DNA from: Chloroflexota bacterium
GTDB lineage: Bacteria; Chloroflexota; Limnocylindria; Limnocylindrales; CSP1-4
Direction: 5' to 3'
NCBI GenBank assembly: GCA_021785175.1
Contig: JAJYGH010000068.1
Coordinates: 137-64,136, forward strand
Length of the DNA stretch: 64,000 nt
Shown piece after piece: positions 1 through 9,905 of this stretch. Within the stretch, counting starts at the first letter, position 1. Each line of letters opens with the position of its first letter. Below the pieces are notes generated by a model that was not told where the DNA came from, did no database searches, and saw only the letters and a list, made by a program, of their open reading frames with translations. A program made the position numbers and the translations under genes.

Positions 1-179
1 GGCATCGCACAGCCGAGCACCACGTCCTCGACCTCGGCCGGATCGAGCTCCGGGACGCGCGCGAGCGCCTCGCGGACCGCCGTCGCCGCCAGCTCGTCGG
101 CGCGCGTCTCCCGCAGCGCGCCGCGCGGCGCGCGTCCGACCGCCGTGCGGACCGCGCTCACGATCACCGCGTCGCGCAT
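1..179 (-). CDS. acetyl-CoA C-acyltransferase (thiolase), N-terminal part; the gene runs off the left edge of the window
   Basis: My reverse-strand translation from ATG 179-177 reads [59 protein letters not shown], a canonical thiolase N-terminus. It lies 60 nt downstream of the HAD/ECH gene. Confidence 0.8.
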   Translation of the reverse strand, partial: MRDAVIVSAVRTAVGRAPRGALRETRADELAATAVREALARVPELDPAEVEDVVLGCAM

Positions 180-239
180 CGGTCGCTCCCTTCGATCGCC
201 GTCCCCGTCGTCAACGAGCTCACGGCCGCCATCCCGTCG

Positions 240-2717
240 TCAGTTGCGCAGCGGTTTGCCGGCCTTCAGGAAGTGCCGGATCCGCTCTCGCGTCTTGGCC
301 TGTCCGAGCAGTCTCAGGAACGTCTCGCGCTCGAGGTCGAGCAGGTGGTCCGCCTCGACCTCGGTGCCCTCGGCGACGTCGCCGCCACACATCACGCGCG
401 CCAGCGACAGCGCCAGCTCGCGGTCGTACTCGCTGATGTACCCGCCGACCAGCTGGTTCCAGGTCAACGACTCCGCGGCCGCGATGCCGCGCCGCCCGAG
501 CACCGGGATCGGCCGTTCGACCGGTGGCCGGTAACCCGTCTCGAGCAGGGCCCGGCCGACCGTCAGCGCGTCGGCGACGACGCGGTCGGGGTCGACGGAG
601 ACGGCATCCTCGGCGCGCAGCAGCCCGAGCCGCCTGGCGTCCTCGGCGCCGGTGCTGACCTTCGCCGTGGCGATCGCCTCGAACGCCCGGGCGAACGCCG
701 GGAACGCGTCGCCCCACGTGCCACCCGGGTTCGCGGCCGCGGCGCGGCGCGCCATCTCCGTCGAGCCCCCGCCCGCCGGGATGAGCCCCATCCCGAGCTC
801 GACGAAGCCGACGTACGTCTCGGCTGCCGCCTGCGTCCGGTCCCCGGCAACCGCGATCTCGGCGCCGCCCCCGAGCACACGCCCCCGCACCCCGACGACG
901 ACCGGGACGGACGCCTGACGGAGCCCGCGCGTCGTCGCCTGGAACCGGCGGGTCGCCCGGTCGAGCACGTCCCACTCGTCGTCCTCGGCCTCCATGAGCA
1001 GGAGGGCGACGTTCGCGCCGGCGGAGAAGTCGGCGGCGTCGGTCGCGACGACCAGCGGCAGGCCGCGGTCCTCGGCGATCCCGGTGGCCCGGGACAGCAT
1101 GTCGATCGTGTCCAGGCCGATGATGTTGAGCTTGCCATGGAGCTCGAGGACCAGCGCGTCGCCGAGGTCGAGGAGGCTCGCCGACGAATTGCCCGCGACC
1201 ACGCCATTCCGGGCCCGCGTCCGTCGGAGGTCGACGACGCGAGGCCGGGCCGGCACCGGGACGCGTGCAGGCACAGGCGCGCCCTCGGCTGCCGCCGGCC
1301 CCGGGCCCTCCTCGATGCCCGGGGCCGTGGCGCGAGGGAATTCGGAGAGGTCGAGCTGGTGCTCGCCATCCTCGGAGTAGTACCCGCCGGACTCACGTGC
1401 CGCCCGCGCGAGCGGGGATTCGCCGAGTCCGGCCTTCGGCAGCTGATCCGCCATCAGCCCGGTGCCGATCGCGTCCCACGTCTCGAACGGCCCGCGCTCC
1501 CACGCCATGCCCCAGCGCATCGCCCGGTCGACGTCGGCGAGCGAGCCCGCGATGGACGGCGCGACCCACGCGGCGTACCAGAGGCCACGCACGAGACTTC
1601 GCCGGACGAAGGTGGCAGGGACGTCGGACTCCGGCGCCGCCAGGAGCGCCCGCAGGCGGGCCGCCGGATCCGGGAGCTGGCGCGCCGACTCGACGGCCGC
1701 GCTCCGCAGCCGGCGTCGCGGCCGGTACTCGAGCGTCTCCAGGTCGAGCGACAGGATCTCGTCGCCGGTCTTCCGGTAGAACCCGCCGCCGGCCTTCGCG
1801 CCGAGCAGTCCGCGGGACAGCATCGCCTCGACGACCGGTGGGAGCACGAACAGCGCGCGCTCCGGGTCGTCGTCCGGAACCGCGGCCGCGAGGCTGCGCA
1901 CGACGGCCGCGAACACGTCGAGCCCGACGAGGTCGATCGTCCGGAACACGGCCGACCTCGGGCGTCCGACGAGCGTCCCTGACACGTCGTCGATCTCGTC
2001 GACGCCGAGCCCGAGCTCCTGCCCGATCCGGATCGCGGCGAGGGATGCCTGCGTCCCGAGCCGATTCGCGATGAACCCGGGGGCGTCGCGAGCCACCACG
2101 ACGCCCTTGCCGAGCACCTCGCCCGCGATCGCGTGCGCCCGCTCGAGCGTCTCGGGTGCGGTCGCAGGCGACGGCACGAGCTCGACCAGGCGCGCGTACC
2201 GCGGCGGGTTGAAGAAGTGCATCCCGAGGAACCGCCCCGCGACATCCGGGGGCAGCGCATCGGACATGGCGGTCACTGACAGCGAGGACGTGTTGGTCGC
2301 GAGGATCGCGGACCCGCCGAGGACAGGCGCGACCCTGGACAGCAGGCCTCGCTTGACGTCGAGCCGCTCGACGACGGCCTCGAGTACGAGGTCCGCGTCC
2401 CTGACGGCGGCCTCGAGCGTTTCGAATCCGGCCGGCCGGATCGCGCGCAGGTCATCGGACAGGTAGAGCGGCGTGGGCGCAAGCCGCGCGGCGCGATCGA
2501 GGCCGGCTCGCGCCGTCTCCGCGTCGAGATCGAGCAGATCGACGCGGACCGACCGGCCGGCGAGCAGGCACGCGACCTGCGCGCCCATCGTGCCGGCGCC
2601 AAGGACGACGGCGCGACGCAGGCGCGGGACGCCGACGCCGGTCGCGCGCGACGTCGTCGTTCGGTGCGGGGTCGCCGTCCCGGTTCCGATCCCCCACCAT
2701 GCTCCGGCGATCGTCAT
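240..2717 (-). CDS. 3-hydroxyacyl-CoA dehydrogenase / enoyl-CoA hydratase fusion (FadN/FadB-type); exact start uncertain
   Basis: 825-aa ORF. N-terminal Rossmann motif VVLGAGTMGAQ and HFFNPP (3-HAD), followed by a C-terminal crotonase-like region (FSAGANV...LGGGAEIAV...ELGMGLIPAGGGS). Confidence 0.9.
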   Translation of the reverse strand: MTIAGAWWGIGTGTATPHRTTTSRATGVGVPRLRRAVVLGAGTMGAQVACLLAGRSVRVDLLDLDAETARAGLDRAARLAPTPLYLSDDLRAIRPAGFETLEAAVRDADLVLEAVVERLDVKRGLLSRVAPVLGGSAILATNTSSLSVTAMSDALPPDVAGRFLGMHFFNPPRYARLVELVPSPATAPETLERAHAIAGEVLGKGVVVARDAPGFIANRLGTQASLAAIRIGQELGLGVDEIDDVSGTLVGRPRSAVFRTIDLVGLDVFAAVVRSLAAAVPDDDPERALFVLPPVVEAMLSRGLLGAKAGGGFYRKTGDEILSLDLETLEYRPRRRLRSAAVESARQLPDPAARLRALLAAPESDVPATFVRRSLVRGLWYAAWVAPSIAGSLADVDRAMRWGMAWERGPFETWDAIGTGLMADQLPKAGLGESPLARAARESGGYYSEDGEHQLDLSEFPRATAPGIEEGPGPAAAEGAPVPARVPVPARPRVVDLRRTRARNGVVAGNSSASLLDLGDALVLELHGKLNIIGLDTIDMLSRATGIAEDRGLPLVVATDAADFSAGANVALLLMEAEDDEWDVLDRATRRFQATTRGLRQASVPVVVGVRGRVLGGGAEIAVAGDRTQAAAETYVGFVELGMGLIPAGGGSTEMARRAAAANPGGTWGDAFPAFARAFEAIATAKVSTGAEDARRLGLLRAEDAVSVDPDRVVADALTVGRALLETGYRPPVERPIPVLGRRGIAAAESLTWNQLVGGYISEYDRELALSLARVMCGGDVAEGTEVEADHLLDLERETFLRLLGQAKTRERIRHFLKAGKPLRN

Positions 2718-2718
2718 C

Positions 2719-3396
2719 TCATGCCTCCGGAAGACGGGATCGCGCGTCCGCTCGGAGCGCGTCGAGGAACAGCGTGCTGAACCGGGCGGCGAAATCGTCG
2801 ACGCCGAGCGGGCCGTCGGGCCGGAACCACTGGCTGAACCAGTTGCACGACGCGAGGATCATGAAGCCGGCGCTCCGCTCGTCCTCGCACCCGAAGGCGC
2901 CATCCCGCATGCCGTCCCGGATGAATTCCCGCCACACGTGCTCGTACGCGTCGCGCTCGGCCACGATCCGGTACCGGCGGTCGGGCGCGAGCGCCTTCAC
3001 CTCCACCTGCAGCAGCGTCAGCTCGTCCGGCTCGTCCGCCGCGATCCGGAGGTGCGCCGCGACCGCGCGTTCGAGTCGTTCGGCCGGGGCCGCGTCGGAC
3101 TCGAGGATGGGCCGGACCTCGTCGTTGAACCGGGCCATCGCCGCCTCCACGATCCCGAAGAGGAGATCCTCCTTCGACTCGATGTAGTGGTACAGGCTGC
3201 CGCGGTGCATCCCGAGCGCCTCCGCGAGGTCCTGCATCGACGTGCCGTCGTAGCCGTGCTCGCGGAACAGCCGCACCGCCGTCCGCCGGAGCTCCTCCTC
3301 CCGAGGCCGGGCGATGCGACGGCTGGACGAGGACGCCGAAGGCCGCCGTGTCCCCGCCTCGGTCGCGGAGATGGCCTGTCCGCTCTCTGCCGCCAC
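2719..3396 (-). CDS. TetR family transcriptional regulator
   Basis: 225 aa with a TetR_N helix-turn-helix (LRRTAVRLFREHGYDGTSMQDLAEALGMHRGSLYHYIESKEDLL). It lies directly upstream of the beta-oxidation genes. Confidence 0.9.
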   Translation of the reverse strand: MAAESGQAISATEAGTRRPSASSSSRRIARPREEELRRTAVRLFREHGYDGTSMQDLAEALGMHRGSLYHYIESKEDLLFGIVEAAMARFNDEVRPILESDAAPAERLERAVAAHLRIAADEPDELTLLQVEVKALAPDRRYRIVAERDAYEHVWREFIRDGMRDGAFGCEDERSAGFMILASCNWFSQWFRPDGPLGVDDFAARFSTLFLDALRADARSRLPEA

Positions 3397-3440
3397 GCCG
3401 GCTCCCTGTGCCCGCCTCGCTCACGCCGTTGGACGGCGAC

Positions 3441-3458
3441 CAAACGAACGTTCGGTTG
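3441..3458. promoter_or_regulatory. imperfect palindrome, candidate TetR operator in a divergent promoter region
   Basis: caaacgaacgttcggttg has a perfect 10-bp core (cgaacgttcg) and two mismatches across 18 bp. It lies between the divergent genes at 2719-3396 (-) and 3673-4434 (+). Confidence 0.35.
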
Positions 3459-3672
3459 ACGAAGGATAGCAGCACCGGGGGCCATGTGGCATGCCGTGTG
3501 GCTGCCGTGCGGCTGCCGGCAGGGGTCCGGCCGGCGACATGCCGGCGCGGAGACCCACGCGGCGGCCGGGGGAATGTGCGGTCAATGGCGGGATAAGTCG
3601 CAGTAGAGGGCCGAAGCGCAGAGTGGGACCTGCCCGCCTCCTCCCGCCGCGGATCCGCCGGAGGAGGTACCA

Positions 3673-4434
3673 ATGCGACACGACGGAGGGTTCCGGTGGC
3701 GGAGGCTCGCCCTGCTCTGCCTGTCCGCGAACGTGGCCGTCGCCATGACGGCCGGTCCGGCGTCGGCTGCCTACCAGGCCAGCGTCTACGACAACAAGAC
3801 CGCGTTCACCACGTGCATCGGCCAGAGCTCGACGATCCCGCAGTCGATGCGCACGATGGCCGTCAACGCGTTCCGCTACCTCGGCTACACGCCGTCCTCG
3901 TACGAGGCGACGGGCTTCACGTCGTCCACGGCGCTGTCCCGCGTCGGCGCCGACCAGGCCTTCTACGTGTTCAGCCACGGCGACCACTACTACACGGGAT
4001 GGGGGTTCCGGGCAGATGGCGGGGCATGCAACCAGGCCATCGTCACCTCGGGCCAGATCAAGGCGAAGCGGCTGGTCTCCGGGTACGTGAAGTCGGCGAA
4101 CCTCGTGGTCGCATCGACCTGCCACCTCGGGGAGACCGCGTCGGACTTCCCGCTCGCCTTCGGAATCGACAAGCTCCGCAGCACCCCGACGGGGGCCAAC
4201 CACCAGGGCCAGCGGTTCTTCCTGGGCTATTCCGGCGTCGCGTGGACCGACGAGATGTACGCCTTCGAGTCCAAGTTCTGGAAGTCGGCGACGACCGGGT
4301 CGAATCTGGGGGACGCGTACTACTACGCCCTGCGGAACACGTCGCTCCTCAAGGGGACGGCCCCGAACTGGTGGGGCAGCTACACCTACGCCGGCGTCCC
4401 GTTCCCGCCCACCCCCTGCTACACGTGCCTGTGA
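3673..4434 (+). CDS. secreted hypothetical protein with clan-CD-like His-Gly / Cys motifs
   Basis: Strong RBS (ggaggaggtaccaATG). Signal peptide RRLALLCLSANVAVAMTAGPASAA. Motifs AFYVFSHGD and NLVVASTCHLG lie 48 residues apart. I could not assign a family. Confidence 0.75.
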   Translation: MRHDGGFRWRRLALLCLSANVAVAMTAGPASAAYQASVYDNKTAFTTCIGQSSTIPQSMRTMAVNAFRYLGYTPSSYEATGFTSSTALSRVGADQAFYVFSHGDHYYTGWGFRADGGACNQAIVTSGQIKAKRLVSGYVKSANLVVASTCHLGETASDFPLAFGIDKLRSTPTGANHQGQRFFLGYSGVAWTDEMYAFESKFWKSATTGSNLGDAYYYALRNTSLLKGTAPNWWGSYTYAGVPFPPTPCYTCL

Positions 4435-4442
4435 GGTGCACG

Positions 4443-5372
4443 ATGAAGCCGAACTGCCATCCTCGACTCGCGCCGCGGCCCGGCCGCCGCCTGCTCGCCA
4501 CCCTCGGTGTCCTCTGCGCGGCCCTCGTCCTCGCGGGATGCACGGGTGCGTCCGCGAAGGATCGCGGCTGGACGATCGCGGATCCGCTCTGGAGCCCGCT
4601 CCCGCAGACCCGCTCGCAGGCGGAAGTCGCGCGCGCCCGCGCGGTCGCCATCGCGCACGCCCTCGGCATCCCCGGTGACCCGTCGGCGGTGCGACGGGAG
4701 CGCGACATGATGTATGCCCTCGACTACGACCTGGTCGAGTTCACGTCGGCGGCGGGCGACAGGGCCGAGATGCGGCTCGACCCCGAAACCCACAACCCGC
4801 TGTCGATCGTGCGCCTCGGTCCGCCGGATCCCTCCGAGCCGAAGACGGTGACGGAAGACGCGGCGCCCGGGCGCGCCGTTGCGCTTGCCGCCATGCTCGG
4901 GATCCCGTTGCCGGCCGGCAGGCCGAGCGTCCGCTGGATGGACGGGATCGAAGGCTGGGAAGTGACCTGGACGCGGCAGATCGACGGGTACCGCGTGATG
5001 GATGACGGCGTCGTGATCGACCTGACGCCGAGCGGGCGACTGAAGGGACTGTCAGTCTGGGCGACACCCTCCGCGCCCGCGCCCGCCAACCCCATCTCGG
5101 CGGACCGGGCCGCCGAGCTCGCCCGCGGGATCGCCACGGAGCGCGGCTGGACCGGGAAGCCGCGGTACACGCAGGACCAGCCCGAGATGGTCTGGGTCCG
5201 CGGCAACAACTTCTGGGACCCTGCCAGGTCGGACACGCGCGAGCCGCTGCTGAAGCTCGCGTGGTCGGTGCACTTCAGCTTCATCGCGGTCGAGGGCGAC
5301 GAGCCGCACCAGGTGATCCTGTGGTTCAGCGCCGCCGACGGGTCGATCCTCGGCGGTGACCAGACGGCCTGA
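4443..5372 (+). CDS. lipoprotein with three PepSY-like repeats
   Basis: ATG at 4443 inside the longer 3696..5372 ORF. Lipobox LVLAGC. Three repeats follow the PepSY pattern (for example SQAEVARARAVAIAHALGI...RLDPETHNPLSI, and the C-terminal ...WFSAADGSILGG). Confidence 0.75.
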   Translation: MKPNCHPRLAPRPGRRLLATLGVLCAALVLAGCTGASAKDRGWTIADPLWSPLPQTRSQAEVARARAVAIAHALGIPGDPSAVRRERDMMYALDYDLVEFTSAAGDRAEMRLDPETHNPLSIVRLGPPDPSEPKTVTEDAAPGRAVALAAMLGIPLPAGRPSVRWMDGIEGWEVTWTRQIDGYRVMDDGVVIDLTPSGRLKGLSVWATPSAPAPANPISADRAAELARGIATERGWTGKPRYTQDQPEMVWVRGNNFWDPARSDTREPLLKLAWSVHFSFIAVEGDEPHQVILWFSAADGSILGGDQTA

Positions 5373-5449
5373 CCGCGCCGGCGCCCGAACGTCGCGCGTC
5401 GCATCGCGGAGCACCGCAGATGCCGCACTCAGCGATGGGCGGTGAATCA

Positions 5450-5487
5450 CAGACGAGAGCCGGCCCCGGCGGGCCGGCTCTCGTCTG
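5450..5487. terminator. bidirectional intrinsic-terminator-like hairpin between convergent genes
   Basis: Perfect 17-bp stem (cagacgagagccggccc / gggccggctctcgtctg) with a 4-nt loop (cggc). It lies between the stops at 5372 (+) and 5542 (-). Confidence 0.7.
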
Positions 5488-5541
5488 GTGCAGCTGTGCG
5501 CGGCCGATGCGCACCGGCGGAATGCCGGCGGGCAGGGCCGT

Positions 5542-5856
5542 TCAGACCGCGGCTGCCTCGACCGCGGCAAAGATCGAGGTCTGCGCTTCCTCGGGCAGCA
5601 TCTCGCCGAGGACCTTCTGCAACGTGAGGACGTGGACGCAGCTCTTCCAGTTCTCGAAGAAGTGGCACGAGCAATGCCACCCATCGGAGTCGAGGTTCAC
5701 GACGTGGGTGTCGTTATCGCCCCGGAAGGTCAGCGAAAGGGAGCGGAACGTGATCCGGTCCGTCTCGCGTGCATACCGGTTCGCCTTCTCGATCTTGCCG
5801 ATGAGGGTGGAATGCATCTTGGGCCGCACCTCCAGCAACCGCGGCCAACGGGCCAC
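5542..5856 (-). CDS. small SWIM zinc-finger protein
   Basis: 104 aa with the CxCxnCxH signature in WHCSCHFFENWKSCVHVLTL. The start may instead be the internal MHSTL. Confidence 0.7.
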   Translation of the reverse strand: MARWPRLLEVRPKMHSTLIGKIEKANRYARETDRITFRSLSLTFRGDNDTHVVNLDSDGWHCSCHFFENWKSCVHVLTLQKVLGEMLPEEAQTSIFAAVEAAAV

Positions 5857-5963
5857 GGCACCGTCTCATCGGCCGGTCAACCGCTCGTCCGGGCGGCCGT
5901 CGCCGACCAGCTCGCGTCCAGACTACACCCGTCGCCCAAGAGAGAATGGGACTGCCGCAGGCC

Positions 5964-7046
5964 TCACTCGACGCTGTCGGGATCGGCCATCGCGAGCCGT
6001 TCCTTGACGTACGAGATGGCCGCCACGGGCGTCGGATCGAGCCCGTACAGGATCGCCAGGTAGACGCTCGTGTAGTCCCCGAGCGTGATCGCGGACGCGG
6101 CCTGGGCAAGGCGCCCGTTGCCCCCGACGGCGACGACCTCATGCCCGATCTGGCGCTCCGCGAGGAGGTCCGCGGAGAGGCTCCGGCGGAGCGTGACCCG
6201 CGGGTGGTCGTCCGGGCTGGCGAGGAACACGACGAACGTCCGCTCGTGCAGCGTCTCGGGCTGCGCGTACCCCACGACCGCGTTGTGCGTCGCCTCCGGC
6301 AGCTCTTCCCAGCATGCCGCCGACTTCCCGTTCTCGTTCAGCTGCGTCTTCCACCGGCGCGCGACCGGCGACAGGAAGCCGCCGGCCTCGATCACCGGCA
6401 GGCGGTCGACGAGTGACCAGGCGAGCTGCTTCGCCGGGTTCGACTCGGTGTCGACCGCGGGACTGCAGCGCGCCGCCATCTCCCGGACCGCGGCTGCCGC
6501 GGCCTCGAACTCGTCCTCGCGAGCGTCGAGGCACCCCGCGCGCTCGAGCAGGCCGGCCAGCAGCGAAACGCCGCTCCCCACTGACGCCCGCGGCTGGGCC
6601 TCGCCCTCGTACTCCAGGTACGGCAGACCACCCCGCCGCGCGGCCGCGAGGAGCGGGCCTCCGGTCGTGATCGCGACGACGGGGCACGACCGCGAGATCG
6701 CCTCCCCGATCGCGTTCAGCGTCTCCTCGGTCGCGCCGCTGTGCGACGCCGCCACGACGAGCATGCGCGGATCCACGAACCGCGGGAGCTCATAGTCGCG
6801 AACGGTGATGAGCGGTACCGTCAGTCGGTCGGAGAAGATCGCGCGGACCAGGTCGGCCCCGATGGCGGACCCGCCCATGCCCAGCACGACCGCGGCCGCC
6901 GGCTGGCGGTGCGTGGCCGGCAGGTCCAGCCGGCGCGAGCGCGCCCAGCCGTCGGTCAGCTGGTCGGCCAGGTGCGGGATCACGCTGAGCATCCCCTCGG
7001 CGTCGTACCTCGCGAGCGCTGCCGCGTCGTCGAGCACTCCGCCCAT
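5964..7046 (-). CDS. bifunctional phosphoglucose/phosphomannose isomerase (SIS domain)
   Basis: 360 aa with SIS motifs (VVLGMGGSAIGADL, VVAASHSGATEETL). Adjacent to PMM and ManC. Confidence 0.85.
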   Translation of the reverse strand: MGGVLDDAAALARYDAEGMLSVIPHLADQLTDGWARSRRLDLPATHRQPAAAVVLGMGGSAIGADLVRAIFSDRLTVPLITVRDYELPRFVDPRMLVVAASHSGATEETLNAIGEAISRSCPVVAITTGGPLLAAARRGGLPYLEYEGEAQPRASVGSGVSLLAGLLERAGCLDAREDEFEAAAAAVREMAARCSPAVDTESNPAKQLAWSLVDRLPVIEAGGFLSPVARRWKTQLNENGKSAACWEELPEATHNAVVGYAQPETLHERTFVVFLASPDDHPRVTLRRSLSADLLAERQIGHEVVAVGGNGRLAQAASAITLGDYTSVYLAILYGLDPTPVAAISYVKERLAMADPDSVE

Positions 7047-7097
7047 GTCCCGTCCTCCTCTGCCGTTCGAACGGCGCGCCGCGGCGTTCCGCGATGA

Positions 7098-8597
7098 CTA
7101 GGCGGCCGCCCGCACGATCCGCTCCCCCGCCGCCAGCAGCCCATCGCGCTTCGCCGCCGTCGTCGCCTCCGCGTAGATCCGGACGAGTGGCTCGGTCCCA
7201 CTGAACCGCACGAGCAGCCACGAGCCGTCCGGCGTCCACCACTTGAACCCGTCGTTCGTCGTCAGCGTGACGCTTCGCACGATCGGCTCGCCGTCGAGCC
7301 CCGTGGGCGGCTCCGCCGACAGCTCCCGCCACAGCCGATCCTTCACGGCCGGGTAGGTGGCGCGCTCGAGGTGGACGTCGGTGCGCAGGTAGAACGACGG
7401 GCCGGCGATCTCGTGGAAGTGCGCCACCGCCTTCGAGACCGGCCAGCGGCCCTGCTCGCGCTCGCGGAGGAACAGCTCGAGCAGGCGCAGGTCGGCATAG
7501 ATCCCGTCGCGTTCCGGGAGGTGCATCCCGAACCCGTAGCCGCCGGACTCCTCGCCGCCCATCATGGCGCCCGTCTCGATCATCTTCGGGCCGACGTACT
7601 TGAAGCCGACCGGGGTCTCGTGCACCGCCACGCCGTATCGCTGGCCGAGCCGCTCGACCATGGACGTCTCGTTCACGGTGTACACGACCGGGTCGCGCAG
7701 GCCCTCGTGCTCGAGGAGCTCGTACATCAGCAGGCCCATGACCTGCAGCTGGTGGATGAAGCGGCCGCGCTCGTCGGCTGCCCCCGCCCGATCCGCGTCG
7801 CCGTCGAGCAGCAGCCCGAGGTCGTACCCGCCCGCGGCGAGGATGCCCAGGGCCTCGTCGATGTTCGGCCGGATCGGTTCCGGATTGACGCCGCCGAACC
7901 AGGGGTTGCGCTCCGAGTGGATCTCGCGCACCCGGATCCGGCCCCCGCCGAGCAGCCGTGGGATCCAGCCCGCGCCGGACCCGTACAGCGGATCGACGAG
8001 GACGCTGATGTCGGCGTCGCGCAGGCGGTCGAGGTCGAGCGTCCGCGCGACGTACTCGCGGTAGCCCTCGAACGGGTCGACCCGCTCGACGAGCCCCGCG
8101 GCCTCGGCGTCCGCGAACGGCCGGCGCGCGGGTTCGTCGCCGGCATGCTCCGAGATCGTCCGCTCGAGCACGGACAGGATCTCGGGGCCCGCGGCCGCCC
8201 CGCTCGGCGATTTGACCTTGAAGCCGTTGTCGGTCCACGGGTTGTGCGAGGCGGTGATCATGATCGCCGCCGCGGCGCCCCGCGTGACGACCTCGTACGA
8301 GGTCATCTGCGTGGGGAGCGGGCTCGCCGCGTACAGCACCGGGATGTCGAACGCGAGCAGCACCTCCGCCGCCGCCTGCGCGAAGTACTCGCTGGCGAAT
8401 CGGCGGTCGTACCCGACCATCACGCCCTGCGCGGCCGTGCCCTGCTCCGTCACGTACCGCGCGACGCCCTCGGCGCACCGGCGGACGTTGTCGTACGTGA
8501 ACTCGTCCGCGATGCGGGCGCGCCACCCGTCCGTCCCGAAGACGATCGCGGGGCGTGCCGCCGCTGACGTGGGCGCCAACGTGATCTGCTCGGTCAC
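7098..8597 (-). CDS. phosphomannomutase/phosphoglucomutase
   Basis: Active-site loop ITASHNPWTDNGFK. GTG start at 8597-8595 overlaps the ManC stop (GTGA). The Arg-rich N-terminal part of the 7098..9233 ORF is discarded. Confidence 0.9.
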   Translation of the reverse strand: MTEQITLAPTSAAARPAIVFGTDGWRARIADEFTYDNVRRCAEGVARYVTEQGTAAQGVMVGYDRRFASEYFAQAAAEVLLAFDIPVLYAASPLPTQMTSYEVVTRGAAAAIMITASHNPWTDNGFKVKSPSGAAAGPEILSVLERTISEHAGDEPARRPFADAEAAGLVERVDPFEGYREYVARTLDLDRLRDADISVLVDPLYGSGAGWIPRLLGGGRIRVREIHSERNPWFGGVNPEPIRPNIDEALGILAAGGYDLGLLLDGDADRAGAADERGRFIHQLQVMGLLMYELLEHEGLRDPVVYTVNETSMVERLGQRYGVAVHETPVGFKYVGPKMIETGAMMGGEESGGYGFGMHLPERDGIYADLRLLELFLREREQGRWPVSKAVAHFHEIAGPSFYLRTDVHLERATYPAVKDRLWRELSAEPPTGLDGEPIVRSVTLTTNDGFKWWTPDGSWLLVRFSGTEPLVRIYAEATTAAKRDGLLAAGERIVRAAA

Positions 8598-9832
8598 AGC
8601 TGCTCCGTCTCCCCCGCCTCCCTCAGGCGCTCCACGATCTGCTTGACGTCCTGCGCCCGATCGGCGGCGCACACGAGAAGCGCGTCCGGCGTGTCGATCA
8701 CGATGGTATCCGACAGACCGACGGTCGCGACGAGGCGTCCGCCGGCCGCCCGGACGAGGATGTCGCGCGACCCGACGTCGATCGCGCGCCCGGGCGGCTC
8801 GGGCTCCGCCGCCGCGCGGCGCTCCCCGGGCACCGTCCCGGCTCCGCGGGCGACGTTCGATTCGTCCCCGTCGGCCTTCGGCATGTCCTTCGCGCCGCGT
8901 CGCGCGTCTCCAGAGGCCGGCCGTTCGGCGCCGAGTGCGCGCTGGAGATCGAGGACGGCTCGCCAGCTCCCGACATCGCTCCACCCGGCGTCGAGGCTCG
9001 TCATCACGACCAGGCCTGCCTGTGCCGCCGGTTCCATCACGGCATAGTCGATCGACACCGAGCGCACCGCGACGTACCGCCGTGCGGCCTCCGATCCGTC
9101 GAGCACTCCGCCCTGCTCGTTCGCCCCGGACGCCATGAGCGCCAGCCGGACGCCGTCGTAGATGTCGGGGGCAAAACGCTCGAGCGCGGAGAGGATCGCG
9201 CGCCGGCGCCAGGCGAACATGCCGGCGTTCCACGCCGCGCCACTCACCGAGACCAGTTCCTCGGCACGTGCCAGGTCGGGCTTCTCGACGAACGCGTCGA
9301 GCACCCGCGCGGTCACGTCACCGTGATGGTCCTCGCGGTCCAGCCGCGGCACGAGATGTCCGTACCCCGTCTCCGCCCGGTCCGGCCGCACGCCGAGCGT
9401 CACGAGCGGGGCCTCGATGCCCAGGCAGCCGCTCGCGAGCCCATCCGTGCCCGCCGCCGCCTGCAGGGCCGAGCGGAACGCCTCGTCGTCGTCGACCCAG
9501 GCGTCCGCCGGGAGCACGACCATCGTCTCGCCGACGGGTCGCTCGATCGCCAGCGCCGCGAGCGCGATCGCGGGGGCGGTGTTCCGGCCGATCGGTTCGG
9601 TCAGCACGTGGTCGACCGGGATGCCCGCCGCCTGCTCGAGCGCGTACTGCTCGTGCCGTCGCTCCGTGACCACGTAGACCCCGTCGTTGCCGACGAGCGG
9701 ACGCACGCGTGCGACGGTCCGCTGGAACAGCGTCTCGGGCCCGACCAGGGGCAGGAACGGCTTGGGGCGCGCCTGCCGCGAGAGCGGCCACAGCCGCGTC
9801 CCTCCGCCGCCGGCCAGGATCACGACGTACAC
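8594..9832 (-). CDS. mannose-1-phosphate guanylyltransferase
   Basis: GTG at 9832 gives VYVVILAGGGGTRLWPLSRQARPKPFLPL, the nucleotidyltransferase G-loop. The upstream part of the ORF is Arg/Pro-rich junk. Confidence 0.85.
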   Translation of the reverse strand: MYVVILAGGGGTRLWPLSRQARPKPFLPLVGPETLFQRTVARVRPLVGNDGVYVVTERRHEQYALEQAAGIPVDHVLTEPIGRNTAPAIALAALAIERPVGETMVVLPADAWVDDDEAFRSALQAAAGTDGLASGCLGIEAPLVTLGVRPDRAETGYGHLVPRLDREDHHGDVTARVLDAFVEKPDLARAEELVSVSGAAWNAGMFAWRRRAILSALERFAPDIYDGVRLALMASGANEQGGVLDGSEAARRYVAVRSVSIDYAVMEPAAQAGLVVMTSLDAGWSDVGSWRAVLDLQRALGAERPASGDARRGAKDMPKADGDESNVARGAGTVPGERRAAAEPEPPGRAIDVGSRDILVRAAGGRLVATVGLSDTIVIDTPDALLVCAADRAQDVKQIVERLREAGETEQL

Positions 9833-9905
9833 GCCGTCCTCCCCTGCTGCCTTTCGGCAGGCATCCGCTGGTGGACGACCCCTCCCGTCGCCCGGGGGCC
9901 CGCGG

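Noticed and set aside
3696-4442. First half of the 558-aa ORF 3696..5372, overlapping the secreted-protein gene.
   Set aside because: It is an Arg/Gly-rich translation in an alternative frame of 3673-4434. The lipoprotein signal peptide and lipobox begin at the internal ATG at 4443.
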